From assembly GCF_001194135.2 (NCBI RefSeq), contig NC_068998.1, positions 21,917,754-21,950,103 of the forward strand: a stretch of DNA of 32,350 nucleotides, in the 5' to 3' direction. The translations under genes were made by a program, and so were the position numbers. Position 1 is the stretch's first letter. Each line of letters starts with the position of its first letter. This stretch comes from Octopus bimaculoides. Its lineage: Eukaryota. Positions 1 to 10,510 of this stretch are shown here, one piece after another. The notes beneath the pieces were generated by a model. That model was not told where the DNA came from and made no database searches. It saw only the letters and a list, made by a program, of their open reading frames with translations.

Positions 1-32
<32 letters not shown>

Positions 33-300
33 TGTGTGTGTGTGTGGTTATATATATATATCCGCATATATACATATCTTGCTATTGCATTTAAACTTCA
101 GGAGGCTAAGTAACCATTTCAATCAGTCTTTTCTTCTCTATCTTCCTGTTTTGATTTTGTTGCTTTTCTTTCTTTCTTTTTTCTTTCTTTCTTTCGTTCC
201 TTCTTCTTTCCTTTTTCTTTCTTTCTCTCTTTCTTTCCTTCTGTCTGCTTCTCCTATTCCTTTCTATCCTTCCCGTCTTCCTCTTCTTCCTTGTTCCCGC
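1..300. repeat. (TG)n/(TA)n microsatellite followed by a CT-rich polypyrimidine low-complexity tract
   Basis: TG run at 1-47, TA run to ~60, CTTT/TTCT-rich tract at ~120-300. These explain ORFs 4..366 and 106..345. Confidence 0.95.
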
Positions 301-412
301 TGTTCGATTTCTATAAAAGATGAAAAAAAATTCCCTAGAACTCATCTTAGTTCTATCTTCTCATAAGACAGAATTGTCAGCCATCATACTGTTTTCATTT
401 CTCTAAGCCAAT

Positions 413-1250
413 ATGACAATGGTGGAAAATATACTCTTTTCCTTCCGGAAACGAAACTCATTGTACAAAATAAATAAAATAATATATTTCCTTCATGCAG
501 ATGGTGGCATGGTTGACAGGAATGTATATAAGGAGTTCGCTATGTTTAAGAGTAAGAATTTGATCGGGGAGATCACGAGATTTCCGATAGGCCTAAAATG
601 TATTACGATTATCAAATCGCGACGAATAAAATAAAATTCTATTCACATGACACAATACATCACGGAGATATTTCACATCTTTCATAAAAATATTATTAGA
701 CACTTAAAACTTTTTCGATACATCAGCTGCTATGATGTTCGAATATCCCCATATTTAACAGGAAAATATTTAACGGATCATATTTCCATTTGCAATCCTC
801 TGGTCAAACTCAAGGAAATCGAACGCTTCTTTAACAGAACGATCAGAGGCGATATCATATGAATTATTTCTGATAATGTGAAGTGAAACGTGTCCTGGAT
901 AAAACGAAATGAATCACCTTTAATCACTTCAAAAGCCAAGCAGTGTCCGAAGAAGGTTATGATCTGTATCAGGTAGGATTTGAAGGACATTGTGTATTAC
1001 AAGCAAAGATGATAAATTCAGACAATAATTGTTCAAAGCTAGCCCGATTAAAACATATCACCCATGAAACATGCCCAGTAATCGGCAATCAAATTGGTGT
1101 CGTCTTCGTGGAGGACAATGCCAGACCTCATATCTCCCTTCAGAAAAAGGCAGAAAATATTGCGACGGGTTGAGATGTCTTATACGAACACATCATATTC
1201 TCTTTCCGTTTACTGTGTATCTCGATCCCCGAAAGATGCTTTTAATGGGG
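413..1250 (+). pseudogene. Fossil mariner (DD34D) transposase, nearly whole coding length, many stops and frameshifts
   Basis: Collinear decayed mariner motifs across frames: ILFSFRKRNSLYKINKIIYFLHADGGMVDRNVYKEFAMFKS (~ILLFYFRKGKNA...WFARFRS HTH); RHLKLFRYISCYDVRISPYLTGKYLTDHISICNPL (~GYVSKLDVWVPHELTEKNL.DRISIC); FFNRTIRGD (~FLKRIVTGDEKW); KKVMICIR*DLKDIVYY (~KKVMLCVWWD.KGIVYY); MINSDNNCSKLARLK; GVVFVEDNARPHIS; G*DVL; SYSLSVYCVSRSPKDAFNG (~PYSPDLAPSDYHLFRSL.N.LNG). No TIR recognised; ends at a microsatellite. Confidence 0.85.
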
Positions 1251-1273
1251 ATATATATATTTTCTAATATATA

Positions 1274-1311
<38 letters not shown>

Positions 1312-1385
1312 TGCGTGGGTGCGTGTGTGAGTGTGTGTGTGTGTCTCTGTGCGTGCGTGTGTGCGCGAGTTTGTGTTTATATTTA
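1251..1385. repeat. Compound (TA)n/(TG)n/(GC-TG) microsatellite
   Basis: Directly visible; truncates the mariner relic. Confidence 0.95.
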
Positions 1386-3179
1386 TAAGCTCCGGTTGTT
1401 AGCATTTCAGCTGTATGTAAATACAAAAGCAACGGTATGATTGCACCACATTCGACATACTTTACTGGTTTTTTTAAAAATATAATATTCTTCTAATTGT
1501 CTATGTTGGTTACGGATATGTTAGCAATGCATTTAATACCCTTTACATTTTTATTCAAATACACACACACGAGCATAGCAATCCGCCCTTCTATTGATAA
1601 ATACACCTCACTCTCCATCTCTGAATCTCACACGTACCAAATCAAATTCATATACATATCAGGTAGAATATGGTAGAAACACGGGACACTAAGTGAAAAT
1701 TTACAACTTTGTACATTTATAAACACTCTGAAATACACGCACATATATATGCGCTATGCACAGGTACCATACAAATATATTGTTTTATTATACAACATTA
1801 ATCCATTTTTAATACCTAATTTAGAGAAGAAATGTTTCGATGTTGAATATTTAAGATATTAATACGAGATAACTTAATAAACACCTCCTTTCAGAGACCA
1901 ACTCACTGCCGGGGAAATAAGTACATTACTGCCTACATCCATTCGACATTAATATATAAAACAAAAGTGACACTGTCACAATACTGTAATTTAGATTTCT
2001 TGTTTTGCGGGACATATGATACAGTATCTGTGGCCTTAAAATTGACAGGAGAAAGGTAAATTACTTTTTAATGACGCTTGTCACGCCTGATCAGTTTCTG
2101 TTATTACTTATATAGATGTACCATTTACAAGCACTGTTGGAGTTTATTTTCTCGGAATTTGTAAGCATACAAAATAACAGAAAATTCTTCGACGTTTATA
2201 AATAATTTTCATATTTTTGAGTTTGATTTAATGAAATTTATCATCGTATGAATAAGAAGCAAGTAGTATCTTATTAAACATATATACCGAGTAATGACAT
2301 GAAAATGAAATGGATAATAGCATTTTAACATATTTTTATTCATCAAATCAAGAAAAGGAACTTAGTTGGGAGGTTTGCTTTCTAAGATTTATTCTCCTGC
2401 GGAATTATCTTTTGAAAGTGCATAACATTTTACAGCTATAAATGTTTATAATAATATAGAACGTTTTGTTTTCTTAAATTAGAAATAACTAATTAGAAAA
2501 ATTTTAAGTTCTAAAATCATGAAATAAATGATTCATTCTCAGACGCAACGACTCGGAAGGTAAAATATAATAAGATTATGACAAATGAGGTGGGACAAAA
2601 TTTATACAAATAAGAGGAAGGGATTGAAAGCCACTAGATAGATTCCTTATTACATGAGATGAGTCCTCGAGGACTTTTTCACAATCATCCGGAATAGAAA
2701 GCTTCCCTTTGCCTGTAGATAAAAACGCCTCCTTGGAAATGTAAACTTCCAACGGAGGAGGTGGTCTCCACCGCAGATTTTTAATTCTCAATTCGATTGT
2801 TCTTCTTGGGGGTGGGGTGGGAAAGTGTGTCTCTTTGCATGAAAATTAATGCAGGACTCTTTCGGCTTCTGCTCACGACCCTCATAATTGAATTGGACTG
2901 GGAACTGTATTGAGCTGATGAAGGACTTCTTGGTTATTTATCATACGCTGTTATTGCTGTCGCTTCGATAATTATTATGGTGTCAGATGTGAGGGCGAAG
3001 GAAATGGAATCACTTGTCTACTAAAACAAGGACAGGAAATTTTCATTTTATTGACGGAAGAGATTTTTCCAGTGTAGTCTTAATGTCGCGTTGTCGTTTT
3101 AGATCCGGCAGTCAACATGGTATGCTGCTATTGTTTTTCTCCGTTTTGTCCTTCTGGGCCGAATCTGAACAAACAACGT

Positions 3180-3225
3180 AAAAACTGACGAAATGCCACT
3201 AAGCATTTTGCCCGGCGTGCTAATT
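3180..3225 (-). mobile_element. Short head fragment of SINE family A
   Basis: ACTGACGAAATGCCACTAAGCATTTTGCCCGGCGTGCTAA matches the copy at 5221-5255 and the reverse complement of 28805-28845. Confidence 0.65.
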
Positions 3226-3485
3226 TACAGAGAATATTAATCAACGAAATACTTAATTGAATAAAAATAAATGTTATCAACCAGTAACGAATTTTTTCCT
3301 AATATTTACTTGGGGTAATATTGTGTAAGATTTGCTATCGTTGCTAAAATGTTGCTTACAATACTCACAAAAAAAATATCGTTATATATATATCTATAAT
3401 ATAATGAAGGGAAAGAACTTACGATATTTTCTGAAGGTGGTGAGTTAAACGTTTTTCAACGACCGTTTGGCAGAAGTGCAATGAC

Positions 3486-3522
3486 GTATGTATGTATGTA
3501 TGTATGTATGTATGTATGTATG

Positions 3523-3600
<78 letters not shown>
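3486..3600. repeat. Compound microsatellite (GTAT)n(TA)n(TG)n(TA)n
   Basis: Directly visible. Confidence 0.97.
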
Positions 3601-3601
<1 letters not shown>

Positions 3602-3605
<4 letters not shown>

Positions 3606-3693
3606 GAAGTGACCAAGCGACGAGACAGGTAATCTCGTTTTCTGCCTGTTAAAGAGCGAGGCAGGTAATCTTGTTTACTTCCTGTTAAAAAGA
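3602..3693. repeat. Two 36-bp tandem units plus a 16-bp inverted repeat
   Basis: Units 3622-3657 and 3658-3693 match at 30/36 positions. ACAGGAAGTGACCAAG (3602-3617) matches the reverse complement of 3670-3685 at 14/16 positions. Confidence 0.8.
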
Positions 3694-4177
3694 GGAGTTG
3701 AGATGACAGCAAGACTTGGCGTGGATGGTACAAAATACCAGAGGGAGTTGCATACGGATCGGATCACTCACCATCTACCTTTGAACAATCGAGGACTGGA
3801 CATGTGATTCTTTGTGTATTATGTATACATTTTGTTTTCTGCTTGTTGCATATTTATTTTAGAATTGAGTCTTGCTAATTCTTGTTCAATCACTTTTGGA
3901 TATATGTAAAAATATATGTGTCTAAAAACGAAGCGAAACACTTTTGAACTTTCAAGTTAATGATTTTTTCTTTTTTTTTGCATGAAAATCTCTGGAAATA
4001 AATATTATTCAATGCAGTTGAAATTTATAAAATATAATCCTTTGAAGTTTGATTTGAAACTATACCTGAGCAGATTAGCCGTGAATAACGACAAAAATAA
4101 AAACGAAATGAGCGTGATAATAATTTTTAATTCACCCACAATGTCAGTATTTTCGGGGAGAGAGAGAGAGAGGATGA

Positions 4178-4300
4178 GTTGATTCAATCGACTGTAGTAA
4201 TTGATTACAGCTTTATTTTATCGATCCCGGAGAAAATGAATGGCAAATTTGGTCACAGTGGAATTTGAACTCGGAACACAAAGAGCTTTAACAAATACTA
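4178..4300 (-). mobile_element. Old, diverged SINE family A copy
   Basis: TCGACT...TTTATTTTATCGATCCCGGAGAAAATGAATGGCAAATTTGGTCACAGTGGAATTTGAACTCGGAAC is collinear with the 5120-5215 copy. Confidence 0.65.
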
Positions 4301-4499
4301 TCACGTATTACATCTAATGAATTGATGATGTTGACGTGGGTGGTGTAATAATACGAATAATATAAAACAATGTGCATGAATCAGTGAAAGTATCTCCCAA
4401 ATTTAAAAGTAACAACAAAATAGTAATAAACATAAGAATAACAATAGGAGACTTCATTGAAAGTAGCACACATGAATATCACTAAGCTAGTTGTAGTCA

Positions 4500-5030
4500 T
4501 AAAGAAATATGAATCACCGAGAAAACATCATGGGAAACAAAAATGCAGAAAACGAAACAAAATTAATCTCAATTTTTAATGAAATCAATAACACAACACC
4601 AAGACTGAATAAAGGAAAGTGTGACAAATACTGCAGAATATAACTTAAAAAGAATGTCTAAAATCAAAGAACGCTAGAAACAGAAAATCTCCGGCAAAAA
4701 ATTGTAGAACGTTAAAAATGACAGCGATTCTTTGAATACAACAAACAATTCTGCCTCAGCACAAAATGATTTTCTTCAGAAATGCAAGATATAGAAATCA
4801 ATGGCGAAGCAACAAGAGAATTAGAGAACTTTTTAAGGTGGAATATGGACAGCTAAGGAATTACCAGAAACGAGATTGTGAAAAGCAATGAAAACAACTT
4901 GCGTACAAACTTGGAATGCCATAACAACAGACGAAGTTGGATGCATGCTGCAAAACAAGCAACTGAAAGCCACGGGGGCATGGTGGGACACCAATGACAT
5001 GGTTTCGATATTTAACACGCAGCGCTACCA
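4500..5030 (+). mobile_element. Ancient fragment of an R4/Dong-like LINE (pre-RT region to start of RT)
   Basis: Decayed motifs IKER*KQKIS, F*GGIW, ITTDEV and TSN*KPRGHGGTPMTWFRYLT parallel KENLKRKIKAK and ASNWKSPGIDRVPNFWIKHL of the younger element at ~7290-7650. Confidence 0.55.
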
Positions 5031-5049
5031 AAGGTGTTTAATGTAATAT

Positions 5050-5255
5050 TTTTATTTTTTTGTTGCCCACAAGGGGCTAAACATAGAGGAGACAAACAAG
5101 GACAGACACAGGGATTAAGTCGATTGCATCGACCCCAGTGCGTAACTGGTACTTATTTAATCGACCCTGAAAGGATGAAAGGCAAAGTTGACCTCGGCTG
5201 AATTTGAACTCAGAAAGTAACGGCAGACGAAATACCGCTAAGCATTTCACCCGGG
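5050..5255 (-). mobile_element. SINE family A (tRNA-derived), relatively young copy with 3' tail and A-rich end; extreme 5' head missing
   Basis: Reverse complement reads CCCGGGTGAAATGCTTAGCGGTATTTCGTCTGCCGTTACTTTCTGAGTTCAAATTCAGCCGAGGTCAACTTTGCC...CTGGGGTCGAT...CCCCTTGTGGGCAACAAAAAAATAAAAA, with a B-box-like GAGTTCAAATTC. Several homologous copies occur in this window. Confidence 0.85.
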
Positions 5256-5864
5256 CCTGTCTACTAAGTGCTAAACTCAATTTTATCCCCTCACAAGCTA
5301 CATAATAGAAAACAAAAACTGCAGAACAAATAAAATATTTCATTCAATTGTATAATCGCAAAACATCTTACATGATAGATAAAAACCAAGAAAAATCAGC
5401 ATGTAGCCAGACATAGCTTTCCATTCGTCAAATACTTAAATAAGTTCTACTTTACTTATTTCTCTCACCTCTGTGATGGATTGCGGTTCACTAGCGCCTT
5501 TTAATCTTTCAGCAAAATGTTTTATACTCAGGAGGTTTTCGTGTCTAAAAGAACCTTTCCTATAGAGAACGTGTCGCACCTAATATTAACATTCGACCGA
5601 ACGAATGCATCATATATAAATCTGATGTTGCTCTTCTCCACATCTCCGCTTCATATATTGAAATTCGATGTCAAAATTATAAAGACTTATGTTAGTATTG
5701 CTTTGTGCATATTTAGTTTTCTTTTTGTGGATGGGACGTGAAATAATTGCAAACAGTTTTCTTTGAGAAATATAATAAAACAGAAATCACAAAAATTATT
5801 TCTCGTTATTTATAACCCTGTAAGGGGAAGACAGCAAGCTATCGGCGACTATCTGTGTTTGAGC

Positions 5865-5865
<1 letters not shown>

Positions 5866-5934
<69 letters not shown>
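5866..5934. repeat. (AAT)23 microsatellite, left flank of the R4/Dong element
   Basis: Perfect AAT run; explains the poly-Ile ORF 5855..6037. Confidence 0.98.
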
Positions 5935-5935
<1 letters not shown>

Positions 5936-8900
5936 TGGGGTATTTTAGTGATAGCATTTCTGTTCACCATCTGTCGCATGCCAAGAGCATGGATGATGAT
6001 CACTAGTTCACAACCAAATCTTAACTCTCACTTATGACTCCAAGTAACCGGCGGCCGTGCTCCGGGGCCTCCACTCGACAGTGGAGCTAAACTAAGTGAA
6101 GGGCAACGGCAGTTAGACAGCTGTTGTGGCTGAAGGGATACCTTTCCTTAAGTGCAGGAAGTCTGAGACAGTGGAGAGGGCAAATGACCCATAGAGTGAG
6201 ATGGACAATGGCTTTGAAGGCGGGGCCAGCAATGTGTGTGATACGCATAGGGCACACTCAGGTACTCAAGGAGTATGTGGCCAATCACCATGAATATACC
6301 CAATAATTAACCAATAATGGATAAAGTCAATAAAAACAACCCATATCGCATCGCTCGTCTCGTAGGTCAACAAGGAGCGCGCTCCCTAGTGAAGAGTCAG
6401 GCTGGGAGCGAGAAGTTGATTACTGATTCGAACTCTACCCACTCCCGGGCAACTTAACCGAGGAAAACATCAACCTGAGCCCCGAACATGCAAGTCATAC
6501 TACACGCAAAAACCCTAGAACTAAATGGAATCGGGAAGAGTATAAACTAGTAATGGAAGCATACTACACGGTGGTAGTTACACCATCAGAAGATTACACG
6601 ATAAAAAGGACTTATCGATTATGGAGAGAACAAAATTCAACTTCAAGGTTAAATATGAATCCCAAGAAGTTAAGGAATGTCTGAAGAGATTTCATTAAAA
6701 ACAGGAGGCTCACAGAAAATGAGCTGGAAGAAATAAGAGAAAAAGTCAACAGGTCTCACCGTATAACACCAAATACAAATGAAATAGAGATAGGGACTAC
6801 AGAAAACCAAGAAGATGTATTTGAGAAGCCCTCTGTGGGTAATGAGATAGAAGAACCTGTAAAACAACCAACAGAACTAAAAGAAGAAATACAGAGAAAA
6901 TGGAACCAGGTAAAAGCACAAGACACCACAGACAGAGAGCCCCTACCAAAAGTCAGTATGGATAAGAACCCGAAGAAGTTGATTAAAATTGGCAATAATG
7001 TAATAGATTAGATAAAATCAGCAACAATAGAACCACTAAATGTAACATCGCTAAAAAAACTAGCCTATGCTACAGCTGCAGCTATTACTGAAGCAAAAGG
7101 CATAAAACTAAGAAAGAAAACTGCTCAACAGAAGAAAAAGACAACCAAAATGGGAAGAAAATTTAGAAAAGGATATACAATGCATGAGAAACGACCTATG
7201 AATATTGACCGAAATAAGTTCAACCAAAGAAAATCCAACAAAATAAGCAAAAGCATGGGATCTGGCAAAAAATGAAATACCTGAAGCAAAAGAAAACCTA
7301 AAGCGAAAAATCAAAGCAAAGACACAACGACTATCACGATATATAAAGAGAAGCAAACAATTTATTTAAAGATGGAAGGAAATTGTACAGGGTAAACAAC
7401 CAATAAATGTTGAACAACCACCAAAGAAAGAGGATTTGGAAAATTTGTGGATTACGATATGGGATAATGAAAAACAACATAATGAAGATACAGAATGGTT
7501 TAAGGAACATGAAACACTCCTGAAAAATAAAGAAGTATAGGAATGGGAAGATATTCACAAGGAGGATGTCACCCTGGCCCTGATAAAGGCCAGTAATTGG
7601 AAGTCACCAGGAATAGATCGAGTACCAAACTTCTGGATCAAACATCTAGTTGATATACGCTGAGATATGTCATCAGCATACAACCAAGTGATGAAAAACT
7701 CAGAAAATAACCCAGACTGGTTGACCCAGGGAGTGATATACCTAATACCAAAAAACAAAAGACGCAGAACACCCAAAGAACTATAGACCAATCACCTGTC
7801 TACCAACAATGTATAAAATATTAACGTCTGTAATCACTGAAAGAACATACACATTCCTAGAAGAAAAGAACCTTCTATCACCAGAACAAAAAGGTTGTCG
7901 AAGATGGAGCTACGGATGCAAGAACCAATTCCTGATAAACAAAATGATCCTTGAAGACTGCAAAACCAGGAAAACGAACCTGAGCCCATCACGGATCGAG
8001 TATAGAAAGGCGTTCGATAGTGTACCTCACTTAAGGATTCTGAAAGTGATGGAACTATACAAAGTATCCCCGACTCTCAAAATTATGAAACACAGCATGA
8101 ATAGATGGGAAACTACGTTGACGCTGAACCATTCCAGTGGATCAATAACAAGCAGACCAATCGAAATCAAAAGTGGTATCTTCCAAGGGGACTCGGTATC
8201 ACCCTTAATATTCTCTTGGCACTGGCACCATTAAGTACCATGCTCAGCAAAACCGGGTATGAAAATGAGATCAAGAAGGAAAAAGGGAGTCATCTGTTCT
8301 ACATGGAAAATGAACAACAAGAAGGTCTACTTGCTACGGTTAAAAAGTTCAGTGATGTTATCAGGATGCAGTTTGGACTGGAGAAATGCGCGAAAGCCAC
8401 TTTCACAAGAGGCAAACTGGCATGTTCTGCAGATATCCACGTAGATACAGAACCAGGTGCAAGCATATAAATACCTCGGCATAGACGAAAGTAACAGTAT
8501 AAAACATTCAGCAATGAAAGAGAAGATTAGAAAAGAGTACTACAGGAGAGTACGGTTAGTAACAAAGACTGAACTCAACGCTGTAGAACAAAATAGAAGC
8601 CATTAACACTCTTGCAGTAACAATCGTAGCTTACAGTTTCAACATAAACAACTAGCAAATGAGCAAAATAAAGAAACTAGACTCTAAGACCAGAAAACCA
8701 TGGCTCGAATGAACCACCCAAAAGTGGACGTGAACAGGATTTATTTAGCGAGAAACAGGGGATGAAGAGGACTAAGTCAATTAGAATTATCTTACAAAAC
8801 TACCACTGTAGAATTAAATACATACCTTGAAATGTCAAAAGATCCTCTAACGAAGCTTGGGCATCAGTATAAAAAAGTAAAGAAGCTATACTCGGTATAC

Positions 8901-9842
8901 AAAGCATCTGTACATCTGATGACGGAGGAATCTAGGATGAAGGCGAGTGAGAAAGTAACCCACTTTGCCAAAAGAGTTAAGGAAGAGATGAAAAAACAAG
9001 CCCAGAAGAAGAGCAAAGAAGAATGGCTAGAAAAACCGATGTATGGCCGATACCCATGTAGAGTGAAAAAAAACAGACGTAGAAAACCAGACACTCATGT
9101 ATGGATGAAGAGCTCAGGACTGAAGGCTGAAACCTAAGATTGTATCATAGGAGCACAAGATCAAAGGCTTATCACAACAAAATAATGAATGATGCCACTG
9201 AATCGAAATGCAGAATGTATCATGAGCAATATCAAACGATGGACCACATCTTAACTGGATACACAGCGCTCGCAAAAGCCGAATATATTCATAGACACGA
9301 TAGAGTAGCGCAACATATCCATTGGAAGATATGTAAACCCTACAGAAAGATGGTACCAGCATAAACCTGAAACTGTGACCGGAAAAGATGATGTAACAGT
9401 ACTCTGTGACATACCAATCAACACCGATAAAGAAATCAAGGAAAACGAGCTGGACATAATCATTAAATATGGGAAGAATAAGAAATGATTAATGATAGAT
9501 GTGACAGTACCACCAGAGAGAAATATGTCCATTAAAGAAGTTGAGAAGTTATTTAAGTACAAAGACCTAGAAATAGAAGTGACCGAGGTGAGGGGAATGA
9601 AAAGCAGCACAGCACCAGTGGTGATTGGAGCGTTAGGGCTAATTAAAAAGGGCTTTGATAAGCAGCTCAACAAACCACCTTGCAATGATAACGTGGGAGA
9701 ACATCAGGAAACAGTGCTGCTAGGTTCCGCACACAATTTACGCCGTGTACTCTCCATGAAATGAGGACCTGCTGCGACCCTAGGGTCAAAGGAAGACCCC
9801 GGTTCAGCAGAAGACAACGGCCCATATTTTATTTTAAACTAC
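5935..9842 (+). mobile_element. Near full-length R4/Dong-clade non-LTR retrotransposon (single RT + CCHC + RLE ORF), inactivated, inserted in (TAA)n
   Basis: ~380-bp GC-richer 5' UTR. N-terminal RTKWNREEYKLVMEAYY at ~6520. RT motifs: NWKSPGIDRVPNFWIK, PITCLPTMYKILTSVI, EQKGCRRWSYGCKNQFLIN, YRKAFDSVPH, GIFQGDSVSPLIF, SHLFYM (DD deleted), FGLEKCAK, YKYLGI. Zn knuckle relic: KCRMYHEQYQTMDHILTGY. RLE region: RHDRVAQHIHW, NTDKEIKENELDII, IDVTVP, KEVEKLFKYKDL, PVVIGALGLI. Stop at 9762-9764, short 3' UTR, (TAA)n on both sides. Confidence 0.93.
6317..9764 (+). pseudogene. Disrupted RT-RLE polyprotein of the R4/Dong-like element
   Basis: Track fragments 7809..8234, 8105..8470, 8832..9137, 9140..9364 and 9492..9764 are successive pieces of one ORF broken by frameshifts and stops. 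The catalytic YMDD is reduced to YMEN by a deletion at ~8305. The start ATG at 6317 is tentative. Confidence 0.9.
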
Positions 9843-9899
<57 letters not shown>

Positions 9900-9912
9900 T
9901 AATAATAATGAT
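9843..9912. repeat. (TAA)n tract, 3' tail and target of the R4/Dong element
   Basis: Pure TAA from 9843 to 9897, then GAT variants. Confidence 0.97.
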
Positions 9913-10418
9913 TGGAAGTGTTATCATTTACACTGTTTTGTTTTGGTATAAAGAGATGGGCTACAGCAAATATTCTGCTTAATACCACAGATTTGCTGCT
10001 TGTCAGTTGTTTGACCTTAACCAGTTGAGCATGTCCCTTGGTGGCTGACGATATGTGCATCTCTGATCAGGAGCAGAAGTAGTGGGGGAGCATCATAGCA
10101 ATGTGTTGAGAGGAATTCTTTGGGGTTTGAATAATTCACCTTTGGAAATATGGGTGTTTTGCTGAACATCCTTAAACAAACCTTATTCAGGGACCTTTTG
10201 AGCAGGATGGGCTACTCGACCTGAAGAAAAGTCTAACTGGGCCCCAACTGCGAGGTCATGCGCTGTTTATCTTGATATGAGATCACCATGTCGCGCAGAT
10301 ATGGTTGTGATGCATGTGCCTGGTGTACCCTTATCAGACGGGTAGTCATGATGGGTATAGTGGGCTTCGTATATTTTACCCCAGTGTCATTTTGATGGCA
10401 TTCACTGCTCTCTCACTC
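9911..10418 (+). mobile_element. ~0.5-kb non-coding interspersed element bounded by (TAA)n on both sides (putative non-autonomous retroposon)
   Basis: GC-richer block with sharp edges against TAA tracts, ending CTGCTCTCTCACTC-(AAT)n, with no convincing ORF. I recall it as a frequent octopus repeat (not searched). Strand is inferred from the tail. Confidence 0.65.
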
Positions 10419-10510
10419 AATAATAATAATAATAATAATAATAATACTAACAATAATAATAAGAATAACAATAATAATAGTAATAACAATAATGATGATG
10501 ATGATGCTGA
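10419..10510. repeat. Degenerating (AAT)/(AAC)/(GAT) trinucleotide tract
   Basis: Directly visible; explains the poly-Asn in ORF 10314..10607. Confidence 0.95.

Noticed and set aside
2543-2559. Plus-strand 17-nt micro-exon-like signal (ttctcag|...AAG|gtaaaa) and similar isolated donor/acceptor matches
   Set aside because: Not frame-preserving and such matches are common in AT-rich DNA; no supporting neighbours.
6670-9685. Minus-strand ORFs across the Dong element, and 31890..32309 (-)
   Set aside because: Antisense shadows of the plus-strand retrotransposon coding sequence.
5960-10310. Short similarities between the Dong 5' UTR and the TAA-bounded element (TCACCAT..GTCGC; CAGTT..GTGGCTGA)
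   Set aside because: The motifs are short and occur in opposite order in the two elements; not enough to claim the short element is an internal deletion derivative.
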